DNA of 20,000 bases from an uncultured virus (IMG/VR IMGVR_UViG_3300030518_000008) (IMGVR_UViG_3300030518_000008), one strand, 5' to 3'; counted from the first letter of the stretch, positions 1-8,604 are shown. Made by a program: numbers and translations. Notes: generated by a model from the letters alone, not told the origin.

Positions 1-1
1 T

Positions 2-1717
2 CCCGGTGACGCTGGCGCGGGGGCTTATTACTGGAATGCCACCTCAACGCTCGCTGACAACGGCGCCAGCGTTTTTCAGGTCACCGGCGTCTCGGTCGGG
101 CGCTGGATACGCACCGTTATGGCGCCGCTCAACCTCGGCGGCGGGTTCCGCGGAGCGGCAACCCGCAACCCCGGCCCCCTCGATGACGTGGCGCACGGCT
201 ACCCGGTTGGCGCGCTCTGGCTGAACACCGCCACCAACATTGCCTACACCAACACCTCAAACACTGCCGGGCAGGCGGTGTGGGCGGTGACCGAGTTTCC
301 CTTCCTGGCGCTGCCGGGCGACATGCTCTCGACCGCGCCGGTGGCCTGTTATGGCATGGTGCTGCTGCGGAAATCCTATGGCGGCAACTGCATCAAGGTT
401 AACCGCCAGTACGACAATTTTCAGTTCAACGTTGGTTTTACCAGCGCGGGACTGCTCGATGTTGCCACGCTGAGCCTCTACCTCTCCAGCGCCACGGGCG
501 CCGGACTCGCGGCCCAGGTCACCACCTGGTACGACCAAAGCGGCAACGGCTACGACGCCACACAGGCGACGGTGGCCAACATGCCGTGGATCTACCGCAA
601 CAGCATAAACGGCCACATGAGCCTCTGTTTTGACGGTCAGCAGAGCACGGTGGTCAAGTCTCTGACTATGCCAATCGGCGTGTCGCTCACGCACCCGGCG
701 CTGGCCCTGGTGGCAGTCGGCCGGCTCACCTCAAGCCGGGCGTTGAATGCCACGCTGGTTGAGGCTGGCACATCGCATCAGGCGGGCCTGTATTTCTCCG
801 CCAACATCCTGGCGGGCGCCGCCGGCGCCGACTTCACCACCGATACCAACGTCTCGGCCCTCCAGCCGGGCGATCACGAGCCGAGCGTCTTCATCGGCAC
901 ATCGCTTAGCGGCGCCGGCGGCGCCTCGCTGTGGATCAACGAAAGCAACGGGACTGCTTTCACCAACACCAGCACGCAGACCATCACCGGCGGTCTGATC
1001 GGCAACAGTGCGGTAGCCACCGGCAATCAGCTCAACGGCGATCTGCTCGCGGTCATGGTCTACGGCTACGGCCTGACCGCGGCGATGCGCACAGCGGTTG
1101 CCGGCTCCTGCTACAACACGTTCGGCCTGGCGCCGCAGTACATCGCCAGCACCATCCTGTTTGACGGCGACAGCATGACGGTGGGCGTCAACGGCCTCGG
1201 CTGGTTCGGCTTCTCGTCCCTGGTTCCCGAGCAGGCGCCAATGCCGTTGCGGGCCTACAATACCGGCGTGTCAGGGCAGACCATGCAGACCCTGCAAACC
1301 AACTACCCGACCATCATTGCCCCGCTGTACAACGCCGCCGCAGGGCAGAACTTCCTGGTGCTGCTGGGCGGCACCAACGATGCCGCCGCTGGGGCGGCGG
1401 CGGTGACGACGTGGGGATACTGTCAGGCTTACATCGCCGCCGCAGCCGCGACGGGATGGAAGGTTATTGTGATGACGATGCTGCCCAGGAACAGCGTCGA
1501 GCCGTTCCGCATCATCTACAACAGCCTGATCCGCGCTGGCGCGCTGGCGGCGGGGGCTGTCGCGATCTGCGATATCGCCGCCAACCCCCAGATCGGGCCG
1601 GCAGGGGCCAACACCAATCTGACGTATTACTATTCCGACCAGATCCATCCCAATGATCTGGGGCACGCCATCATCACCAGCATGCTTGTCGGTATCCTCA
1701 ACACCCTCGTTCAGTAG
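2..1717 (+). CDS. Tail spike/fibre-like multidomain protein, 5'-truncated: tailspike N-terminal motif, arabinofuranosidase-B-like/LamG jelly-roll region, C-terminal SGNH/GDSL esterase
   Basis: The frame of ORF 119..1717 is open from position 2 (PGDAGAGAYYWNATSTLADNGASVFQVTGVSVGRWIR), resembling the GDGGGGxFxW..DNGG..GRWxR motif of phage tailspikes. It continues with P..DD..GY.VG..W.N, then LRKSYGGNCIKVNR...VTTWYDQSGNG (AbfB-like). SGNH blocks GDS, G, GGTND and DQIHPN are intact. It lies directly upstream of the endolysin. Confidence 0.8.
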   Translation, partial: PGDAGAGAYYWNATSTLADNGASVFQVTGVSVGRWIRTVMAPLNLGGGFRGAATRNPGPLDDVAHGYPVGALWLNTATNIAYTNTSNTAGQAVWAVTEFPFLALPGDMLSTAPVACYGMVLLRKSYGGNCIKVNRQYDNFQFNVGFTSAGLLDVATLSLYLSSATGAGLAAQVTTWYDQSGNGYDATQATVANMPWIYRNSINGHMSLCFDGQQSTVVKSLTMPIGVSLTHPALALVAVGRLTSSRALNATLVEAGTSHQAGLYFSANILAGAAGADFTTDTNVSALQPGDHEPSVFIGTSLSGAGGASLWINESNGTAFTNTSTQTITGGLIGNSAVATGNQLNGDLLAVMVYGYGLTAAMRTAVAGSCYNTFGLAPQYIASTILFDGDSMTVGVNGLGWFGFSSLVPEQAPMPLRAYNTGVSGQTMQTLQTNYPTIIAPLYNAAAGQNFLVLLGGTNDAAAGAAAVTTWGYCQAYIAAAAATGWKVIVMTMLPRNSVEPFRIIYNSLIRAGALAAGAVAICDIAANPQIGPAGANTNLTYYYSDQIHPNDLGHAIITSMLVGILNTLVQ

Positions 1718-1722
1718 GTTTT

Positions 1723-2247
1723 ATGGACAATTTCGACGTGTGGTGGCAGTTCGTGCAACTGCCGAACAACGACGGCAGCGCCAACGACAGCACTAACGAC
1801 GGCGCGGGCGCTACGCACTGGGGCTGGACCTATCCGACGTGGCGCGTGGCACAACTCTACGGCGGCTGCGTCGCAACTGATGTGGCAACCTTCTCAGCGC
1901 TGACCCAGGATCAGGCAATGAGGCTGGCGCTGGTGTGGTTCTGGGATCGTCAGTTTGCGCCTTCGATGCTGCCGGGCGTGGCCATCTCCATCATTGACTG
2001 GACATGGACGAGCGGTGGCGCCGCGGCGGAAATCCAGTCCGCCATTGGCGCTGGCTTGACCGGCGTGCTGGATCAGCAAACCATCGCCACCCTCAACACG
2101 TTCACGCCGGCCACGCTCATAGCCAAGGTCTATGGCTTGCGCGCGGCCTACTACAACGACCTTGGCTATCAGGCGAAATATCCCGGCCTCTACCGCCGGG
2201 CCTTGGATTGTCAGGCGCTGTCCAACATCTACGCCGGCGTTACTTAA
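1723..2247 (+). CDS. Endolysin, glycoside hydrolase family 108-like with C-terminal peptidoglycan-binding helix region
   Basis: ND...DGAGATHWGWT resembles the GH108 D.GG.T..GIT motif. LTQDQA...W..FW, DW.WTSG and R..YY..L....KYPGLYRR match the remainder of the family. Position follows a tail gene. Confidence 0.75.
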   Translation: MDNFDVWWQFVQLPNNDGSANDSTNDGAGATHWGWTYPTWRVAQLYGGCVATDVATFSALTQDQAMRLALVWFWDRQFAPSMLPGVAISIIDWTWTSGGAAAEIQSAIGAGLTGVLDQQTIATLNTFTPATLIAKVYGLRAAYYNDLGYQAKYPGLYRRALDCQALSNIYAGVT

Positions 2248-2932
2248 CGCACTTGACCTTGTGCTGCGGCTTGTGATGCACGACCGGGGCGGCGGAGCAG
2301 TAGCCGTCAGCCCCCACGTGATCGCAGTGCCCAACCCAGCCGCCGGGCGGCGCCGGCGGCACGGGCATTGCCTCGACAACCACCACATTCGTTTGGCTGG
2401 CGGCAGCGACGGCGGCGGCGACACCATCGATATTGGCGATGGCGAATTCACGCGCCACACCGGGGCCAAACAGCCCGTAGAGCATTTCGGTCACCTTGCG
2501 GTTGTTGCAAGACTTGCTGATCCAGGTCGGGCCGATCCCGCCGCCCCCGCCTAACCCGGCACCAACGGCGCCGAACCCCACAACGGGACAGTCGAACCCG
2601 CCCCCGCCGATCGACGGCAGGCCCATGCTCGGGGCGCTTCTGGCGTTGATGGTGGTGTTACCCACGCCTGACAGAGAACTGCCGGCTGAGGCGGCGCCGC
2701 CCGTGGCGCTGGAGGCCGCCGATCCGCCCGCAGCGCTGCCGCCGCTGGCACTGCCCCCAGCTCCTCCAGCCCCGCCCGTAGCGGTCTGGTGCTGCTGCTG
2801 ATAGCTGTTGGACTGCGCTCCAGGGCCGCCGTCAACGATCTGGTTGCCGTGGCCGTAGTTGGTGTTCGTCCACGCGAACGCGGGTGTGGAGAGGGCAGCG
2901 AAGATCGCCACCGCCGAGGTGTATTTTCCCAT
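2240..2932 (-). CDS. Secreted Gly/Gln-rich phage protein with paired cysteines, function unknown
   Basis: Signal peptide MGKYTSAVAIFAALSTPAFA, low-complexity Q/G/A/S tract, then APS...DC...glycine zipper...C..RK. RBS AGGGA upstream. Its stop overlaps the endolysin stop convergently. Confidence 0.7.
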   Translation of the reverse strand: MGKYTSAVAIFAALSTPAFAWTNTNYGHGNQIVDGGPGAQSNSYQQQHQTATGGAGGAGGSASGGSAAGGSAASSATGGAASAGSSLSGVGNTTINARSAPSMGLPSIGGGGFDCPVVGFGAVGAGLGGGGGIGPTWISKSCNNRKVTEMLYGLFGPGVAREFAIANIDGVAAAVAAASQTNVVVVEAMPVPPAPPGGWVGHCDHVGADGYCSAAPVVHHKPQHKVKCVK

Positions 2933-2939
2933 GGTGTCC

Positions 2940-3878
2940 CTAGTTGTGCATGTTAGACAGGCTGTTAGCCTGCCAGACCTGAACCGAGTAAACGGTGATC
3001 GGATATTGGTTGTTCGAGCCGAATTGCAGGACGAAGTGATTAACGTCCATCACGCCATACGCCCAGGGCGTGCTGTTGGTCAGCGGCGGCGTGTCGGATG
3101 TCTGGTACTGTGTGTAGCTGATGGACTGTACAACACTTCCGTTCCAGTAGTAATTCACGTATCCACTTGTAGTCGCCGTGGCCGGAACCCAAAGCATAGC
3201 CACAGTATTATAGCTGGAGAAGTTTGCTGCAGGTACGCTGGGGTCTACAAACTGTGTGATATGCGGCGTCGGGTTGGCCGGAATGCCGTACCAGTTGATC
3301 AGCGTCGCCTGATACTGGTTTATCGTGCCGTAGGCGCCCAGAAAATGCTCTAGCAGATCCGCCTCGATGAAGTTGTTGTAGCCAGTGGCCTGCCCCGGCC
3401 ACTGGGCTGTCCCCAGGTACTCCTCCATGGCGTTAGCCCAGAAGGACGGCCACCCGTTTGATATGTCGGCTGATGCCACGTTGAATTTGACGATCGCCTG
3501 CACATAGGCGCCGCCTCCAAACGCCGTGCCAACGTATCCCGGCGCGGTCGCGATGTAGCCGGCCGTGGCCACGTTCGAGTTGTAACCATCCCCGCCCTGG
3601 CCGGCGGTGATCGAGCCGTCCGAGGCATTGATGGTGTTGTTGGCAAATGTCGGGGTCACACCGAAGAAGTTGAAGCCATACCACTGGTAGCCTTTGGCGT
3701 AGGTCAGTCCGGTATCGGTGTTCGTGGTCGTGAATGGCCCGGTGGAAAACGTGTTAACCACATACCCCACCGCCTGAGCGATCGGCGGCGCCACCGCCGG
3801 CGCCGTGCAGCTCTGCGCCAGCGCCGCGCCCTCCCCGGCACAGAGCAAGCCGATCACGGCGATTGAAATCTTCCACAT
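2940..3878 (-). CDS. Secreted GH16-like glycoside hydrolase (beta-glucanase-like, ConA jelly roll)
   Basis: Signal peptide MWKISIAVIGLLCAGEGAALA from ATG 3878. GWPSFWA resembles WPAFW, EADLLE matches the ExDxxE catalytic motif, and Y...W....YYWNG and V..VQVWQ match GH16 C-terminal features. Confidence 0.7.
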   Translation of the reverse strand: MWKISIAVIGLLCAGEGAALAQSCTAPAVAPPIAQAVGYVVNTFSTGPFTTTNTDTGLTYAKGYQWYGFNFFGVTPTFANNTINASDGSITAGQGGDGYNSNVATAGYIATAPGYVGTAFGGGAYVQAIVKFNVASADISNGWPSFWANAMEEYLGTAQWPGQATGYNNFIEADLLEHFLGAYGTINQYQATLINWYGIPANPTPHITQFVDPSVPAANFSSYNTVAMLWVPATATTSGYVNYYWNGSVVQSISYTQYQTSDTPPLTNSTPWAYGVMDVNHFVLQFGSNNQYPITVYSVQVWQANSLSNMHN

Positions 3879-3888
3879 GGAAACCCCG

Positions 3889-3990
3889 CTAAATGTCGGG
3901 CGCATCTTCGTCACAGTCGCGGTAATCGTCCACCAGACAGACGATCAGGACCGCGACGGCAACCAGGATCAGAATGCCGACCGGGCTCAC
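3889..3990 (-). CDS. Small membrane peptide, 33 aa (MSPVGILILVAVAVLIVCLVDDYRDCDEDAPDI)
   Basis: GTG start 1 nt after the ERF stop; fills the gap between ERF and GH16; one TM-like helix and an acidic tail. Too short for the ORF track. Confidence 0.5.
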   Translation of the reverse strand: MSPVGILILVAVAVLIVCLVDDYRDCDEDAPDI

Positions 3991-3991
3991 G

Positions 3992-5071
3992 TCAGCCTCC
4001 CAGCGCAATGCGGCGGGCGTCAATAGCCGCTGCCGCCAGCCCCCAGCATTTCGGGTTGCGTTCGCGCAACCCGCGCAAAACCTCCCTTCCCGCGCCCTCG
4101 CTCCACTTGTTCAGTGTCGTCAGCTCGGTAATCTCGGCGACTTCCTCTCGGATGTGGTCGACCAGCAGGACAGCATCGATCTCAGGGTCCGGCACATACG
4201 TAACAACGTCAGCTTCCGGCTCTGGCTCGGGCGGCATCTTCGGAGACAGCCGGTTGACGGCTTTCGTCAGCGCATCCTGCAAGATGGCCCTGACGGTGCT
4301 TGGCGCCTGATCCATCGTCTTCCTCACCACCGACATGGCGGTAATATAGTTGAGCTGATCGGCGGTCTCGGCACGCTCGCAAGCCGCCACGAACAGCTTG
4401 ATCCACTTGCCGCCATCCGGTTGATCATTCAGTGCCGCACTCACTTTTTGCTCAAACGTCAGCTCGGCCGCCCTGGCGGGCGGCTCGGGATCGGGTGTGT
4501 AGCGGGTCTGTGCGGCAGGCCGGCGCCCCGCGGCAGCAGCATGCCCGTCGTCATCCTCGTCCTCGCGCACGATGTTCAGTAGCATCTCCGCGCAGTATCG
4601 CTTGCCGTAGCTCAACGTACTGCCGATCTGCTGGAGCGGGTTGCGCCCCGGCCCGCTGTCGATCGGCATGGGCAGGCTCGCCGTTTGCGTGTGGCCGCCG
4701 CGGTGGTGCAGTGTGCCCTTGACGTGCAAGCCAGACGGGCCGTTCACCACGTCGAAAGAGAACCACAAGCCAAGCTCGCGCATGACGGGCCGAATGACGG
4801 CGTCCATGTCTTCCCACTTGGCGAAGCTGTATGAGCCCTTGCCGCCAAGGCTGGCTGTACCAAGCTTGGAAACCCGCAGATCGCATCGGTGATTGAAGTC
4901 CGCCATCGCTGCGTTGAACTGCTCCAGCGCATCCCGATCCAGGATGCGGTTCTGCATTTCCAGCAGGGCCATCATCTTCTCTATGTTCACCCGCTCGTCG
5001 GTCGCGGCGCGGGCGATCACTTCCAGCAGCACGCCGCCGGGTGATGGCGTGTGTGGTACAATTTCGTTCAT
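3992..5071 (-). CDS. erf: ERF-family single-stranded DNA annealing recombinase with C-terminal extension
   Basis: Y.FAKWEDM...IRP, L.H..GH, Q.IGSTLSYGKRY and EDEDDDG are ERF signature motifs. Adjacent to Gp157. Confidence 0.88.
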   Translation of the reverse strand: MNEIVPHTPSPGGVLLEVIARAATDERVNIEKMMALLEMQNRILDRDALEQFNAAMADFNHRCDLRVSKLGTASLGGKGSYSFAKWEDMDAVIRPVMRELGLWFSFDVVNGPSGLHVKGTLHHRGGHTQTASLPMPIDSGPGRNPLQQIGSTLSYGKRYCAEMLLNIVREDEDDDGHAAAAGRRPAAQTRYTPDPEPPARAAELTFEQKVSAALNDQPDGGKWIKLFVAACERAETADQLNYITAMSVVRKTMDQAPSTVRAILQDALTKAVNRLSPKMPPEPEPEADVVTYVPDPEIDAVLLVDHIREEVAEITELTTLNKWSEGAGREVLRGLRERNPKCWGLAAAAIDARRIALGG

Positions 5072-5079
5072 GTCAGATC

Positions 5080-5601
5080 CTAGCGGGTTCGAATCACGAT
5101 GTAGCTTTGCGGATTGCGCAGCTCGGCACCCTCGACGACAACGCCGTTTTTCAGTTCTTCCAAGATCGCTTTCTTGTCGGGCGTCACTTTTAAATCCACC
5201 TTTTTGAGCGCTGCCGGCAGCTTTTCCAGGTTCGTGATGACCACGCTCTCTTTGCCGGGCGCCGTCGAAAAAGCCAAGTCGCCGTAGTCGTGTTTGCGGA
5301 TGCCTAGCTCGGCGGCGAGCTGGGCGGCCTCATCGCGCAGGATCTGCTCGCGAGCCAGAAAACGATCCTTGCGCAAACCAATGGCCGCCGCGCGCTGGGC
5401 CGCGACAATCGCCAGATCACTATAATGGACAGCACCGCGCAGCAGACCGCCAAGAATTTCTGTGGCGTCCCTGGTGGCGCCGGTGATCTGATCAAGCATT
5501 TCGTCGTCGTGGATTTCTTCGCGGGCGAATGCCTCACGAACACGATTCAGTCTCGAAAGCGCTGCCTCAATCTGAAAAGCGCTGGGTGGTTTGGCTGACA
5601 T
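5080..5601 (-). CDS. Siphovirus Gp157-family protein
   Basis: Probable start ATG 5601 (MSAKPPS) with GGGGG RBS. Coiled-coil N-terminus and C-terminal SV.IT..EKLP....K.....PDKKAI.E.LK.G..VEGAEL motif. Typical position beside an annealase. Confidence 0.8.
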   Translation of the reverse strand: MSAKPPSAFQIEAALSRLNRVREAFAREEIHDDEMLDQITGATRDATEILGGLLRGAVHYSDLAIVAAQRAAAIGLRKDRFLAREQILRDEAAQLAAELGIRKHDYGDLAFSTAPGKESVVITNLEKLPAALKKVDLKVTPDKKAILEELKNGVVVEGAELRNPQSYIVIRTR

Positions 5602-5657
5602 GGAAACCCCCTTTGTTGCTTTGGCGCCACACTGCGAACATGCAGGCGCATGCAGAC

Positions 5658-5686
5658 TTTCTACCAAGACGGGAAAATTCCGACAA
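5658..5686 (-). promoter_or_regulatory. Leftward sigma70-type promoter for the Gp157-ERF operon
   Basis: Minus strand TTGTCG-N17-TAGAAA with TG preceding the -10. Confidence 0.5.
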
Positions 5687-5718
5687 GCACAAAAAGACGC
5701 AAACGCACACAATCGCAC

Positions 5719-5754
5719 TTGCTTCGCCCAAGACGCGAAGTTATGTCTTGGGCG
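5719..5754 (+). promoter_or_regulatory. Rightward promoter with overlapping 10-bp inverted-repeat operator
   Basis: TTGCTT(5719-5724)-N17-TATGTC(5742-5747). Perfect inverted repeat CGCCCAAGAC(5725-5734)-N10-GTCTTGGGCG(5745-5754). Confidence 0.6.
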
Positions 5755-5963
5755 TGTTAACCATTCCGACATGCTCCGAGCTGGAAGATGCAGCGCACAG
5801 CATCAGAATCAGCATGCGTCGTATCTGCTTAGAAGCGGGCGTCTCACCAACAGTCTACTACCGCTGGCGCCGTCTCAAATGTTCACCCCGAGCGGTTACA
5901 GTCCAAAAACTGATTTTCGTTATCAACAAAAAACTTGATGGGGGCCGCACTGCCTTGGGATGA
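5754..5963 (+). CDS. Cro-like HTH transcriptional regulator
   Basis: From GTG 5754: ...ISMRRICLEAGVSPTVYYRWRR...SP...TVQKL is an XRE/Cro HTH pattern. First gene of the rightward operon. Confidence 0.75.
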   Translation: MLTIPTCSELEDAAHSIRISMRRICLEAGVSPTVYYRWRRLKCSPRAVTVQKLIFVINKKLDGGRTALG

Positions 5964-6408
5964 GGCCTGGCTCGCCGATTACCGTGCCAGGATGGACGGG
6001 TTGAAATCCCTGCCAGCCCTTCCCGACAGCGTGCAGTTCTGCCTGCCGTTTCTGCTCAAGCTGCCTCGGCAAACGCTGGGGCGGCACTGGAGCGAGGCGG
6101 CCCGCTACAGGAAGTGGCTGCGGCCTCACGTCGAGGCTGCCGTTCGCCCCTGGCTTGGTCATGCGCCGATGAAAAAAGCGCAGATCACGATTACCCGCGT
6201 CTCGACCGGCTGCGGCGTCGATTACGATAACAACGTCAGCTCGACAAAGCCGCTGGTGGATTTGCTGCTGATACAAAGCTCGGTTCACCCGTCCTCACTG
6301 GGGCTGATCGAGGACGATGATCCGGCGCGACTGACGCGCATCATCCGCTGGGAGCGCTGCGCGACACGCAAGGAACAACGCACGGAAATAATAATCGAGA
6401 GGGCATAA
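5938..6408 (+). CDS. rusA: RusA-like Holliday junction resolvase
   Basis: DYDN....KPLVDLL...GLIEDDD catalytic Asp/Lys pattern; C-terminal TEIIIE strand. Confidence 0.8.
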   Translation: MGAALPWDEAWLADYRARMDGLKSLPALPDSVQFCLPFLLKLPRQTLGRHWSEAARYRKWLRPHVEAAVRPWLGHAPMKKAQITITRVSTGCGVDYDNNVSSTKPLVDLLLIQSSVHPSSLGLIEDDDPARLTRIIRWERCATRKEQRTEIIIERA

Positions 6409-7004
6409 TGGGAAATAAAACAGGCTCACGCTGGCCGAAAGAACGCGATGACAGGCTGGCCGCCATGTGGCGCGATCCGGATAAAACCGTCGCTGATGTC
6501 AGCGTCGAACTGGGCGTCACCTGGGCGGCGATAAAGCGCAAGGCCGAACGGCTGCGGCTTGGCCCCAAGATCGTCAAGGACGGGAATCGCCTGTACTGGT
6601 CAGCGGACGAAGACGCTGTCTTGAGACGCGGGTTGAAGCGCGGCTCATCCTGGGCTGACATCGCCCGCGTGCTTCCACCCCGCTCGATGGACTCCTGCCG
6701 CAAGCGCGCTTGTTATCTGGGGATTGTCCGCGAAGAACCTATCGAGCCGCCGCTGCCGCCGTTGCCGCCGCGGATTGTGCCGAAGGTGATCAGGTTGCCG
6801 GTCTGCCAGGCCCAGCCGGCGCATCCCGTCCGCGTGCTGATTGTGCCGCCGGCGCATGACTGTCAGTTCCCGTTGTGGAGCGATGGAACACCACGCTTTG
6901 AGCGGCGGGTTTGCGAATCCCCAGTCTGGCGCGGCAGCTATTGCAGGTGCCACTGGGAGAAATGCTACGAGACGGTGGGCGAGCGGATTTTGGAGATGGC
7001 ATGA
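6408..7004 (+). CDS. gcrA: GcrA-like cell-cycle regulator homologue with duplicated N-terminal HTH
   Basis: W......L..MW.....T...V..ELGVT..AI..KA.RL.L, followed by a second W.....AVL....SW.DIA..L..RS..SC..RA repeat. Pro-rich linker, then CQFPLW...C..PV..GSYC..H...Y resembling the GcrA C-terminal domain. Confidence 0.72.
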   Translation: MGNKTGSRWPKERDDRLAAMWRDPDKTVADVSVELGVTWAAIKRKAERLRLGPKIVKDGNRLYWSADEDAVLRRGLKRGSSWADIARVLPPRSMDSCRKRACYLGIVREEPIEPPLPPLPPRIVPKVIRLPVCQAQPAHPVRVLIVPPAHDCQFPLWSDGTPRFERRVCESPVWRGSYCRCHWEKCYETVGERILEMA

Positions 7005-7318
7005 TGGCTGACGGAGATGATGTTGTCGGCTGGCGCGTTCACCTGATCCAGCCGCTCGAAACGGTATCGAATATCAAGTCCGACCATTATTCGGTTGACT
7101 TCAAGACCAAAGAGGAAGCCGACGCCTACAAACGAAAAATGCAGGCAGAAGGCTGGGTTGCCAACACAAGCCCGGTTTTACCTGTCGCCGCAAGTGAGGG
7201 GAAAATGAGAAAAACAACACAGGGGCGAGCAGCCCCACCGGGGTTCAATGCAGACTGGCGCCTGCACGGCAGCGCGCCGCCCGTAGGGGCGGACAGCAAA
7301 TCGCGGGAGCGTGGCTGA
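7001..7318 (+). CDS. Hypothetical phage protein
   Basis: ATGA overlap with the gcrA-like stop, GGAG RBS, and overlap with the dnaB start. Confidence 0.65.
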   Translation: MMADGDDVVGWRVHLIQPLETVSNIKSDHYSVDFKTKEEADAYKRKMQAEGWVANTSPVLPVAASEGKMRKTTQGRAAPPGFNADWRLHGSAPPVGADSKSRERG

Positions 7319-8576
7319 GCGAGGCCCGCCAGCAAACTTACTCGCCGAACGCGGACTACTAGGCGCGATCCTGGTTAACAACAAAACCGTGGATCGATGC
7401 GCCGGGCTTTCTGGCGAGGATTTTTACTGGCCGGCGCACGGCCTGCTGTTCGAGGCCATGCGCTCACGGATCGAGCAGGGGCGATCCGTCGATCCGATCG
7501 TGATGCAGTCGTTCGCGGATGTGGTGTTTGAGGGAGAGAGTGGCGTTGTCTATCTGATGAAGCTCGCCTCGATGGTGATCGGCACGCTGATGATCAAAGA
7601 GTATGCGCAGTCCATCATGGACTGCGCACTGCGGCGGCGAATCATCGAGGTAGCCGAGACGATGATCGCCGAGGCGCACGGCACCGAGCCCGGCCTGGTC
7701 ACATCAACGGCGGCTGTCGCCGCCATAGAGCAGGCTACAAACCGTTATGCGGTGGCGGGCACCACTTCGATAGGTAGAGCGGTTGCCGTCGCCGTGGCGC
7801 AAGCCAGCGCGAGACAGAGGGGGGAGAAGACAGGTCATTACCTGATGACCGGCTGCAAGCCGCTGGATAACATCTGGCGCGGCTTGCACAACGGGGCGCT
7901 GGAAATTCTCGGCGGCCGGGCCGGATCGGGCAAGACGGCGCTGGCGCGCCAGATCGCGCGCCATGTCGCCGCCAAAGGCGCGGCGGTTGCGTTTTTCTCG
8001 CTGGAAATGCCGCATGCCGATCTGGCGACGGCTGATCTGTCCAGCGTCAGCGGCGTGTCGATGGATACCATTCGTTTGGGCGAGTTCGATAACCGCCAGG
8101 CAGAGGCGATACTTCGCGCAGAGAAATACCTCGCCCAGCTTCCGATCCACATTGTCGACACACCCGGCCTGCCGATCGATCAGGCAGTGTCGAGGATGCG
8201 CGCGATGGTGCGCACCGTTGGCGCCAAGCTCGTGATCGTGGATCACCGGGACCAGTTTGGCCGCGATTCCAAAGACCGCGACGACATCGGGTGGTATCGC
8301 AACATCACCCAGGTATTAAAGGTTACGGCAAAATCCCTGAATATCCCGATCCTCTTACTCGTTCAGCTTTCACGAGACATCGAGCGGCGCGAGAACAAGA
8401 CGCCAAGAATGAGCGATCTGATGTATTCCGGCGAAGCGGATGCCGACACCATCATTCTGATGCACCGCGAGGGCGATGTCGCCACCGCGTCATTCGTCAA
8501 GCGCCGGTTCGGCGCGCTGGGCAATGTGCGGCTGCATTTCGCCGAAGTGTCCACTACATTCGGATCGTGGACTTAG
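7311..8576 (+). CDS. dnaB: DnaB-like replicative DNA helicase
   Basis: N-terminal PP.N..AE..LLGAIL and DFY...H..LF. Walker A GRAGSGKT, FFSLEM, Walker B LVIVD, QLSR..E.R..K.P..SDL and K.R.G arginine finger. Confidence 0.92.
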   Translation: MAERGPPANLLAERGLLGAILVNNKTVDRCAGLSGEDFYWPAHGLLFEAMRSRIEQGRSVDPIVMQSFADVVFEGESGVVYLMKLASMVIGTLMIKEYAQSIMDCALRRRIIEVAETMIAEAHGTEPGLVTSTAAVAAIEQATNRYAVAGTTSIGRAVAVAVAQASARQRGEKTGHYLMTGCKPLDNIWRGLHNGALEILGGRAGSGKTALARQIARHVAAKGAAVAFFSLEMPHADLATADLSSVSGVSMDTIRLGEFDNRQAEAILRAEKYLAQLPIHIVDTPGLPIDQAVSRMRAMVRTVGAKLVIVDHRDQFGRDSKDRDDIGWYRNITQVLKVTAKSLNIPILLLVQLSRDIERRENKTPRMSDLMYSGEADADTIILMHREGDVATASFVKRRFGALGNVRLHFAEVSTTFGSWT

Positions 8577-8604
8577 CCTGGATCTGCCATTAAATGAAAT
8601 GCCC

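Noticed and set aside
3876..5610. Identical CATGGAAACCCC at the GH16 and Gp157 start codons
   Set aside because: It is most simply a shared RBS-spacer-ATG context, and 12 bp is too little to claim a mobile cassette.
8476..8604. N-terminal extensions in the ORF track (starts 8476, 5772, 5529, 11766, 14358, 3914)
   Set aside because: They overlap neighbouring genes or promoters; downstream starts fit the RBS, signal-peptide or domain boundaries better.
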